In this document: positions 19,568 through 26,545 of the stretch, piece by piece
How the letters are laid out: the number at the start of each line of letters is the position of its first letter
Numbering within the stretch: position 1 is the stretch's first letter
Assembly (NCBI GenBank): GCA_004284765.1
Contig: NQJD01000006.1
Span: 74,206-106,205, forward strand
Source of the DNA: Candidatus Electronema aureum
Lineage (GTDB): Bacteria; Desulfobacterota; Desulfobulbia; Desulfobulbales; Desulfobulbaceae
DNA length: 32,000 bases
Reading direction: 5' to 3'
Program-made: the position numbers and the translations under genes
The notes under the pieces: model-generated
What the model was told of the DNA's origin: nothing
Seen by the model: only the letters and a program-made list of their open reading frames with translations
Database searches by the model: none

Positions 19568-19665
19568 AACCACTCTGGTGGTTTTCCGCCGACCTGTAGG
19601 GGCAGGCCCCTGTGCCTGCCCTGCGTTGTCGCCGCATACATCAGGGCGGCCACGGGGGGCCGCCC
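19568..19665. terminator. Cluster of hairpins between convergent pgi and the CHAT-STAND gene
   Basis: Three hairpins are present. AACCAC/GTGGTT (19568-19583) is followed by TT. GGGCAGG/CCTGCCC (19600-19621) has 7 bp. GGGCGGCC/GGCCGCCC (19644-19665) has 8 bp and abuts the CHAT-gene stop at 19666-19668. GTAGGGGCAGGCCCC and GGGGCCGCCCCTAC also form an outer imperfect inverted repeat. Confidence 0.4.
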
Positions 19666-22600
19666 CTACCCTTTCCCGGCAATCCCCTCCAATATGGCGC
19701 GGATGGTGGCGGCATTCTCATAATCCAGCGGCCCGCAGAGGGCGGCTTCATCGCGCTCGCCGCTGAGGATGCCCTGAATGGCGGCGATCAGGTTGGCCCA
19801 TGACTCGCCGTAACAAGACAAGGCAGCTTCCACGTCGCCGCCCTCTATCACGGCTGTAATCAGCTCTTCATGCTGATATAGCTGCTGCCGCCAGCCGGGG
19901 AAGGCCAAGTATGCCTGCCTGCCCTTGGCGCGGTACGCAGCAGCTTGGCTGCTCTCTCCCTGCTTGGCAGCGATGCGGGCCAACAGCTCGTAACTCTTCC
20001 ATATCTCCGCTGATGCGGGGTCAAGGATTTCCTTAATGATCAGCGATTCCTCAGCATAGCGGCGGGCTTCGTCCAAGCGGGCCAAGTCATCAGCCAGCAG
20101 GACGGCAAGGTTGTTGAGAGCACGGGCGGCATTGAGCTGGTCTTTCGCGCTTTGAAAGACTACCAACGCCTTGCGAAACCACTGCTCCGCTTCTGCATGG
20201 CGACCTGTATAGTCGCAGACTATGGCGAGCTGCTGCCAGCTTGTGCCAGCCCCATTGTTGCCACCCAACAAGCCCTGCTCCTCTTGCAGCCGGGCTGCCT
20301 GCCGATACGCCTGCTCCGCCTCCTCCCAGCTCTTTGCCTTCTGATAGATGAGGCCAAGCTGGTGCCACGCCACAGCCTCGCTTGCAGGCTCGTTCAAGCT
20401 CTGCCAAAGGGCCAATGCTTCCAGCCATCGCTTCACCGCCTCAGCCAGCTCATCCTGTTCTAAGGCCAAGGTACCGAGCTGTCCATTGTTTACCGCCATG
20501 CCACGCTTATCACCCAGCTCTTCGTCAATTTTCAAGGCAGCTTGATAGGCTGCCTTAGCCTCGGTGTAGCGGCCTTGGTGTCTCAGCACATCAGCCAGAT
20601 CAGTCTGGGTAACACTGGTCTGCCGCAGCACTAATTTGCTCTGCTCTAACCGGGCTAATTCGGCCAGCTCCTGCCGGTAGAGCCGTTCTGCTTCAGCAGG
20701 CTGGCCCTGCTCATTGCAGCAGCGGCCAAGCCTGTGCAGGGTCAGGTAGCGGTTATAGCTGGGAGTCTCCTCCAGCCCAGCAAGGATGCCCTGAAAGACC
20801 TGCGCTGCTGCTGCGGTCTGGCTGTTCCGAAAAAGCTGCTCGCCGAGATCGCTACGGGAGAGAAACCATGTCTGCGAGCCGACCGTGCCGCCTGCCTTGG
20901 CAGCCGCCTCTGTTAATGCTTGATAGTCCCGCCGCATACCGAAGTCACTGAGAAACTCGTTGACGTTATCAGCAAAGTCCACGCTCTCTTCGGCCCTGCC
21001 TGTCTGCAAAGCGGCATGGACAGCCCGGAACATATTCGGCAGCTCGTGCTTGGCAATGGCGCGGGCGGCATGAGGGTTCTTGAAGTCTAGCTCATACAGC
21101 GCACCGGAAAGCTGATGATACTCCTGCCAATAGCGTTCCAGCAGCTTGTCCTGCTCTTCCTTGCCCAGCTTCTGCCACAAGGCCGGGGCCAAGGTCGGGT
21201 GGAAGCGCAGCCAAGTCATGTCAAGCACCGGCAGCCGCTCCGCCTGCATCAGTCCAGCCCGGAGCAGATGGCTGCGCAGCTCGTGCCAGTCTGCCTTCTC
21301 CAAACCAGTCACCATGCGTGCCATATCCTCCAAGCATCCCCCGGCAAAAACACCCAGCCGATTCAGCAGCGGCAGGCAGTGCTTGGGCAGTCGCTCTATA
21401 GATAACTCCAGCGAGGCCAGCAGGCTGCGGTCTTCCCGGTTCAGCGGCTGCAAGGCCAGCAACGCCTCCAGCCGCTCGCCCACATCAGAGGCTGCGCGCT
21501 CCTTCAACTGCTGGGCCAGCAGGCTGATGGACAGGGGATGAAAGCCCACCTGCTCGAAAAGCCTGATCAGGACATCGCGCTGCGGTCGCGGACTGGTCGG
21601 CTCTGGCGGCAAACTGCGCAGGGCATCAAACCACTTGACCGCATCGTCCTCCCGCAGTCCCTGCAAGGGCAGGTGCCGATGATCAAAGCTGCCCGCCAGC
21701 GGATAGCTGGGATGAGCGAAGTCCGGCTGCCGCGAGGTGAGCAGGACGCGGCTTGCTCCGGCCTCTGACCACAGGGCGGCGGCATCCAGCAGCTCGGCCA
21801 GCCCGCGCCCGTCGGCCAAGCTCTCTAAGTTGTCGAGAATCAGTAGGGTGGCGGTCGTCTCCAAAGATGCCTTGGCCGCCGCCGCATCAAGCAGACTTTC
21901 CTGCAAAACCGCGCTCATGGTGCTGATTGCCAAGCTCACCGGGTCGCTGCCCTGATAGGCGGCATAGCTGACAAAACACGCCTGCTTGAAAAGACCGGTG
22001 CGCAGCAGCCAGCGGCCTGCTTCCAAGGCCAGCGCGGTCTTGCCTTGGCCGCCAAAGCCGGTGATCGAGATACGGCAGCAGCTGTTCACTGCAAAGAACC
22101 GTTCGATTTGCCAAAGCTCCCTGCTGCGGCCAAAGAAGCCGGACTCCTGCACGTCTGGCAGATTGTGGAGCGGTTCCGGCTTTGGCGGCAGAGTGACCGC
22201 GCCGTCCGCACTGAGCAGCGGCTGGTCTGTCCCGCTCTGATAGAGCGCAGGCAGGAACCAGTCGTGCAGTTGCAAATGAAACTCCTCTGCGCCGCCCGCG
22301 CCGCGTAGTCGGGTGCCGCGCTTCGGGTTGAAGCAAAGGAAGTGGCGGGCCTTGTCCAACGAGCGGGCCACAGTGCTGCCCTCGAACAGGCTGCGGTAGA
22401 ACTCGGCAAAGAGCAGCTTAGTCGTGATGACGAAGGCACTGTAGCTCATGGCGATGACCGCAGGAATGTCCGCATGAACTAACTGGGCTGCCACGCCGCT
22501 CATCGGGTCTTCGCTGTCCATCATCGCCGACTGGCAGGCCGAGAGCACCACCAAACCGGCATCGCTGCTGTTGAGCAGCTTGCCAAAGGCCGCGCCCGAA

Positions 22601-23376
22601 ACTTTGTCTGTGCTGCCCCACTCGCCCTCAAAGAGGAGATAGCCCTGCTTCCTGTCCGCATCCCCGCTGCTGGCCAATACACCGTGGCCGTCAAAGTGGA
22701 TGATGTCCACCTTGGGCAGCCGCTCATTCTTCAGCCGCCTGCGCAACTCCTCCAGCGTGGCTGGGCGAAGAAACTCCACCTCCACCCGCGCTGGTTTCTG
22801 CTCCTTCAGCGCATCAAGCACAGCCTCAGCATCGCTGCGCGGGTTGATGAACCCAGCTCCGTCTGGCCTGCTGACGATAAAGAGCAGATGCAGCGCAGGC
22901 TTGGGATCACGCGGCTGCGGGGCGCGTCCCTGCCCTGCGCTGGGCAAGCCACGGCGGATGGAAACCGGCGGGTTCTCGTTGAAGAGAAAGGAGCCGCCCG
23001 GCGTGGCAAGCAGCTCCCACGGCAGGGAAAGCACTGCCGGATGATCGGCGGCAATGCTGAGAACGCGGCCCGCCTCCGCAGCATCCCGGAAGTTACGAAA
23101 TATCTCCGCTGCCTTATCATTAGTCTTGAATACAGCGGCAAAGAGCTTGGCTCCCCATTCGGGCAGCAGCTTCTTCACTGCGTCGGCCCGCGCATCATCA
23201 GGCTCGGCAGCATAGGTAGTGCCGTAGTCCTCCACGTACCAGCGGAGTTCGGCCATGTCTTTGTCGGTAATTGGGCTGGCAAAGGCGGCTGGCTGGCTGA
23301 AGTCGGGCGCACTGCCCAGCAGGGCAACAGCGACATGAGCGGAGTCAGAGAAGGTGAGACGTAGTTCAGTTGGCAT
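19666..23376 (-). CDS. STAND NTPase with N-terminal CHAT (caspase-like) protease domain, NB-ARC-type ATPase and C-terminal TPR array
   Basis: A 1236-aa ORF with SD GGAGG 7 nt upstream of ATG 23376. CHAT dyad motifs are IIHFDGHG (H231, codon 22684-22686) and VVLSACQSA (C281, codon 22534-22536). NB-ARC motifs are Walker A GFGGQGKT (K446), Walker B LLILDNLE, RVLLTSR and GFHPLSISLLA. TPR-like helical repeats run from about aa 835 to 1150 (for example AVAWHQLGLIYQKAKSWEEAEQAYRQAARL). Confidence 0.9.
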   Translation of the reverse strand: MPTELRLTFSDSAHVAVALLGSAPDFSQPAAFASPITDKDMAELRWYVEDYGTTYAAEPDDARADAVKKLLPEWGAKLFAAVFKTNDKAAEIFRNFRDAAEAGRVLSIAADHPAVLSLPWELLATPGGSFLFNENPPVSIRRGLPSAGQGRAPQPRDPKPALHLLFIVSRPDGAGFINPRSDAEAVLDALKEQKPARVEVEFLRPATLEELRRRLKNERLPKVDIIHFDGHGVLASSGDADRKQGYLLFEGEWGSTDKVSGAAFGKLLNSSDAGLVVLSACQSAMMDSEDPMSGVAAQLVHADIPAVIAMSYSAFVITTKLLFAEFYRSLFEGSTVARSLDKARHFLCFNPKRGTRLRGAGGAEEFHLQLHDWFLPALYQSGTDQPLLSADGAVTLPPKPEPLHNLPDVQESGFFGRSRELWQIERFFAVNSCCRISITGFGGQGKTALALEAGRWLLRTGLFKQACFVSYAAYQGSDPVSLAISTMSAVLQESLLDAAAAKASLETTATLLILDNLESLADGRGLAELLDAAALWSEAGASRVLLTSRQPDFAHPSYPLAGSFDHRHLPLQGLREDDAVKWFDALRSLPPEPTSPRPQRDVLIRLFEQVGFHPLSISLLAQQLKERAASDVGERLEALLALQPLNREDRSLLASLELSIERLPKHCLPLLNRLGVFAGGCLEDMARMVTGLEKADWHELRSHLLRAGLMQAERLPVLDMTWLRFHPTLAPALWQKLGKEEQDKLLERYWQEYHQLSGALYELDFKNPHAARAIAKHELPNMFRAVHAALQTGRAEESVDFADNVNEFLSDFGMRRDYQALTEAAAKAGGTVGSQTWFLSRSDLGEQLFRNSQTAAAAQVFQGILAGLEETPSYNRYLTLHRLGRCCNEQGQPAEAERLYRQELAELARLEQSKLVLRQTSVTQTDLADVLRHQGRYTEAKAAYQAALKIDEELGDKRGMAVNNGQLGTLALEQDELAEAVKRWLEALALWQSLNEPASEAVAWHQLGLIYQKAKSWEEAEQAYRQAARLQEEQGLLGGNNGAGTSWQQLAIVCDYTGRHAEAEQWFRKALVVFQSAKDQLNAARALNNLAVLLADDLARLDEARRYAEESLIIKEILDPASAEIWKSYELLARIAAKQGESSQAAAYRAKGRQAYLAFPGWRQQLYQHEELITAVIEGGDVEAALSCYGESWANLIAAIQGILSGERDEAALCGPLDYENAATIRAILEGIAGKG

Positions 23377-23418
23377 GGGGGAACCTCCATTTAAATGGTG
23401 GTGCAGGGGCGTATGTTT

Positions 23419-23455
23419 CGTTCATGCAGACACCAATGCTCCGTTCATGCAGACA
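23419..23455 (-). promoter_or_regulatory. Tandem 14-bp direct repeat upstream of the CHAT-STAND gene (candidate operator/promoter element)
   Basis: CGTTCATGCAGACA occurs at 23419-23432 and again at 23442-23455, a 23-bp period. On the coding strand this reads TGTCTGCATGAACG. The repeats lie 43-79 nt upstream of ATG 23376, in the 129-bp gap after the small upstream gene. Confidence 0.35.
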
Positions 23456-23505
23456 TGAAGACTACTCCTTGCTGGAAACTGCTGCGGAGCCTCGGAAGAC
23501 AGGAC

Positions 23506-23928
23506 TTATTCTTCCTCGCAGATAACCTTGCAGCCGAGGTGAAGAACAATCACTACAAGGGCCATAGCAAGGAGTTGCAGGGCTGTGCCGGCAAAGCCCA
23601 TTGCCACAAGGATTGCGCCAAAGGACTCCAGCACGCTCTTGCTGCTCAGATTGCGGTATTTCTTCCACTGCGCGTTCAGCACACCGCTTTCGTCGCAGAG
23701 GTCGCTGTGCGCGGCCTGCTTGAACCGCCGCCAGAAGGAGCGCGGCTCTTCCTTGGTTATATTCTTAATCATCCGCCACTGAACAGGCAGACGTTCGGGA
23801 ATATCCTGCTTGTCTGGCTCGCCGCTTTTAACCTCGGCGCATGGTGGCGCATCGTGCAACTCTCGGAGCTGCTGGTCAATCTGAAGGGAAAGGCTGGCAA
23901 GCTGATCGGGGGTGAATGGGCTGGGCAT
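23506..23928 (-). CDS. Small hypothetical protein with C-terminal transmembrane hairpin (partner of the CHAT-STAND gene)
   Basis: I preferred ATG 23928 (MPSPFTPDQL..., 140 aa) because AGGAGA lies 5 nt upstream. The ORF is open to ATG 24003, which would add a hydrophobic 25-aa N-terminus but has no SD. The C-terminal roughly 38 residues (VLESFGAILVAMGFAGTALQLLAMALVVIVLHLGCKVI) are hydrophobic. I recognise no family. Confidence 0.6.
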   Translation of the reverse strand: MPSPFTPDQLASLSLQIDQQLRELHDAPPCAEVKSGEPDKQDIPERLPVQWRMIKNITKEEPRSFWRRFKQAAHSDLCDESGVLNAQWKKYRNLSSKSVLESFGAILVAMGFAGTALQLLAMALVVIVLHLGCKVICEEE

Positions 23929-24039
23929 GGTGTTCTCCTGTGCAAGGTAGAGTAGAATGAGTAGGCCGGATGCGCTCCGGGCGGCAAGAATGCCTATAGC
24001 CATACCAGTTTTCCGCAGGGAAAGGAACAGGAAAGCTGC

Positions 24040-24069
24040 TTGACCTTGGCCTTTGCCTTAGGCTATGAT
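24040..24069 (+). promoter_or_regulatory. Sigma-70-like promoter candidate for mutM
   Basis: TTGACC (24040-24045), an 18-nt spacer, then TATGAT (24064-24069), about 29 nt upstream of ATG 24098. This is a sequence match only. Confidence 0.35.
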
Positions 24070-24097
24070 GGAGCGTATCGTAGGAGAGTGTTACGCC

Positions 24098-24955
24098 ATG
24101 CCTGAACTGCCAGAAGTTGAAGTCACCCGCCGGGGCTTGCTGCCGCATCTGCCGGGCCGAGCTGTGCTTGCTGCTCTGTGGTCAGGCAAACGGCTGCGCC
24201 TGCCAGTGCCGCTGACGCTGCTGGAGCAATGTATCTGTGGCAGTCAGATCAGCACGGTTGACCGTCGGGCTAAATATCTACTCATCCGCATGAACAACGC
24301 CAGTGTGCTGGTGCTGCATCTCGGTATGACTGGCAAGTTAGGCATGTTCCCAAAGGTGACAGAGCGGGTGACGCATGATCATCTCTGCCTCGAACTCGAC
24401 AGCGGTGCGGAGCTGCGTTTCAATGATGCCCGTCGTTTTGGCAGCGTTATGGTCTGGTCGGGCGAGGAAGCAGAGCGGCTGGAGCAGGACTTTAGCCGCA
24501 GTCAGGGGATAGAGCCGTTTGGCCCGGATTTCACCGCCGCACACTTGGTACAGCTGGCCGGACAACGCAAGCAGGCGGTCAAGAGCTTGCTGATGGATTC
24601 CAAGCTGATCGCTGGAGTCGGCAACATCTACGCTAACGAGACCTTGTTTGCCGCTGGCGTGCATCCGCAAGCCCCAGCAGGCAGTCTGAGCGCGGAGCAG
24701 TGGCAGCGGGTTGTTGATTGCTGCCGGGAAATCCTCAGTCGGGCGATTGAAGCAGGTGGCTCGACCGTCAGTGATTTTCTCGGCGCAAACGGACAACCCG
24801 GCTGGTTTCAGCTTCAGCTTGCGGTCTATGGTCGCAAAGATCAGCCCTGCCTGCAATGCGGACAGGCGATCTGCAAAGAAGTGATCGGTGGACGAGCTTC
24901 CTTCTTCTGCCCGCGCTGTCAGCCTATGCCAGCGGCCCGATCAGTCGAACGCTGA
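24098..24955 (+). CDS. mutM: Formamidopyrimidine-DNA glycosylase
   Basis: I trimmed the start to ATG 24098 so that the protein begins MPELPEVE, because the catalytic N-terminal Pro is required. Other motifs are H2TH GVGNIYANETLFAAG and the C-terminal zinc finger CLQCG...FFCPRCQ. Confidence 0.95.
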   Translation: MPELPEVEVTRRGLLPHLPGRAVLAALWSGKRLRLPVPLTLLEQCICGSQISTVDRRAKYLLIRMNNASVLVLHLGMTGKLGMFPKVTERVTHDHLCLELDSGAELRFNDARRFGSVMVWSGEEAERLEQDFSRSQGIEPFGPDFTAAHLVQLAGQRKQAVKSLLMDSKLIAGVGNIYANETLFAAGVHPQAPAGSLSAEQWQRVVDCCREILSRAIEAGGSTVSDFLGANGQPGWFQLQLAVYGRKDQPCLQCGQAICKEVIGGRASFFCPRCQPMPAARSVER

Positions 24956-26138
24956 CCAATTCCCCTTCCTCACCGTTCAGGTGAAGGATCGCGTTGAGTG
25001 GCTCCAACCGATCTGCCAGACGCACCCGCAGCCGACCTTCCTCATCCACCCTTGCAACCGCGCCTTTCAGCACCGTGCAATCCGCCTGAGACAGAAGCGC
25101 GGGGCCATCAAGGATAGCCTTCTTCAGCATTCCGCCGGAATGTTCCTCGCCGTGCAGCCGGACAATGGCTGGGGCAACTAATTCATGGAAGAGTAGGCGC
25201 ACCGCTGGCGGCGGGCCAGGCAGTCCGAAGAACGGCACCTTATCCAGCAGCCCGAATAGGGTTGATCTGCCGGGCCGCACCCGCAGGCGGTTATAGACCG
25301 ACACCCCGCCGAGCCGGGCAAAGACCTGCTCGGTGAGATCAAACGTGCCCGGCCCCATACCCCCTGTGCTGATAAGCAGATCAGGCTGGTCACGGTCGAT
25401 GATCTGCTCGATCAGCGCCGTGATTCGTTCAGCGTTGTCCTCGACAGTAAGGCAGCAAATACAGGTGCAGTGCTGAGTTTGCAGAAGTGCGGCTAATAAC
25501 GCACCGTTGCCAGAGATTTTGCAGCCCGGCAGCAGTGGTTCTCCAGCCTGAGTCAGCTCCGTGCCCGTGCAGATCACCGCAACCCTTGGTTGACGATGCA
25601 CGACAATTTCCTCGCAGCCGTTCTCCGCCAGCAGAAGCAGATGATCGGGTAGCAGCCGAGTTCTGGCAGCGGCGAGCAGTTGGCCAGTTTGAACCTCACA
25701 GCCTTGTCTGCGGATATGAAGCTGCTTCCGAGCAAGCTCCGCTAACGGCACCAGCACCTTTCCGTCCTTCTCCTGACAGACCTCAAAAGGCACAACCCGC
25801 GCCGTGCCGGTGGGAATCGCTGCACCGGTCATGATACGGAAGGCTTGACCGGGTGCAAGACGCTTCTGCTCCGTGCATCCAGCGGCGATTTCCCCGCTGA
25901 TGTGAAAAGCGGCAACGGCTTGATCAGCAAAAAGTGGCTGCGTAGCTAAGGCGAAACCATCTCTGGCAGACTGATCGCAGGACGGGCTGGGGCGGGCGGC
26001 AAAAACAAAGGCAGCGCAAACCCGCGCCAGTGCCTCAGTCAGCGGGATACATTCTTGCTCAAGTGGGGCAATCCGCTCTGCAATGGCAGTGCGGGCTTCA
26101 GCAAGAGAGAGTTCGAGGTGGAAGATGGTAGGTTTCAC
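24924..26138 (-). CDS. moeA: Molybdopterin molybdotransferase
   Basis: A 404-aa ORF with the MoeA layout: an N-terminal LSLAEARTAI...PLTEALARV region, a central MoCF-binding domain with LLISTGGMGPG, and a C-terminal beta-barrel. The start is GTG 26138 with AGGAGG 8 nt upstream. The 3' end overlaps mutM by 32 bp. Confidence 0.9.
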   Translation of the reverse strand: MKPTIFHLELSLAEARTAIAERIAPLEQECIPLTEALARVCAAFVFAARPSPSCDQSARDGFALATQPLFADQAVAAFHISGEIAAGCTEQKRLAPGQAFRIMTGAAIPTGTARVVPFEVCQEKDGKVLVPLAELARKQLHIRRQGCEVQTGQLLAAARTRLLPDHLLLLAENGCEEIVVHRQPRVAVICTGTELTQAGEPLLPGCKISGNGALLAALLQTQHCTCICCLTVEDNAERITALIEQIIDRDQPDLLISTGGMGPGTFDLTEQVFARLGGVSVYNRLRVRPGRSTLFGLLDKVPFFGLPGPPPAVRLLFHELVAPAIVRLHGEEHSGGMLKKAILDGPALLSQADCTVLKGAVARVDEEGRLRVRLADRLEPLNAILHLNGEEGELVSVRLIGPLA

Positions 26139-26210
26139 TTATATTACCTCCTGTATGACGTGTTTGTTGGGATCAGTGTAGGTGAAGTAGAGGTACCTAG
26201 GAGGTTTAGT

Positions 26211-26318
26211 ATGCCGCAGCACTGTTCTTGTTCACTCGAACGAGCCTGTGTGCATCACTGCTACGACCTCTTCTGTTTGCCTGTTTCGAGATGTATCCGA
26301 ACCAGTGTTGCTCAGTAA
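26211..26318 (+). CDS. Candidate 35-aa Cys/His-rich micro-ORF
   Basis: A perfect AGGAGG (26199-26204) lies 6 nt before ATG 26211. The product is MPQHCSCSLERACVHHCYDLFCLPVSRCIRTSVAQ (6 Cys, 3 His). There is no homology support, and the same AGGAGG could instead be the complement of an anti-SD in the moeA leader. Confidence 0.2.
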   Translation: MPQHCSCSLERACVHHCYDLFCLPVSRCIRTSVAQ

Positions 26319-26516
26319 CTGCAATACACGTAGCATGCAGGGACGATACTTGTGATCGCCCTAAGTGCTTGCAAGGAAGCAAGAAGGGGGTATGCAAGAG
26401 GTCTCTTGTAGGTCGAACAACTGAACTGCACCGTATCGGCTTTGTACTCAACCGTCAATCCCTTTAGTTTCGCGGAAGTCTTAGCGCAGGCAAAGCACCA
26501 CGCCCTCACAATCTTG

Positions 26517-26545
26517 TTGAATATCTCGCCACATGGCTTTACACT
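26517..26545 (+). promoter_or_regulatory. Sigma-70-like promoter candidate for the DUF445 gene
   Basis: TTGAAT (26517-26522), a 17-nt spacer, then TACACT (26540-26545), about 45 nt upstream of ATG 26590. This is a sequence match only. Confidence 0.3.

Noticed and set aside
22684-23364. A 226-aa plus-strand ORF, plus several other ORFs of 60-150 aa on both strands, inside the CHAT-STAND gene (for example 21887-22336, 21146-21541, 20090-20428).
   Set aside because: All overlap the motif-rich 1236-aa frame. Their sequences are Arg/Ser/Pro/Ala-rich shadow-frame products of high-GC DNA.
23506-23928. That the small protein upstream of the CHAT gene is a bacterial gasdermin.
   Set aside because: At about 140 aa it is much shorter than bacterial gasdermins as I recall them (roughly 240-270 aa). 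It contains a classical hydrophobic TM hairpin, which gasdermins lack. Only the gene-order analogy holds.
26355-26395. Resemblance of GCAAGGAAGCAAG to the SRP (4.5S) RNA GGAAGGAAGCAGC helix-8 region.
   Set aside because: This is only a short partial match. The flanking sequence does not form the long closing helix or the symmetric and asymmetric loops of SRP RNA.
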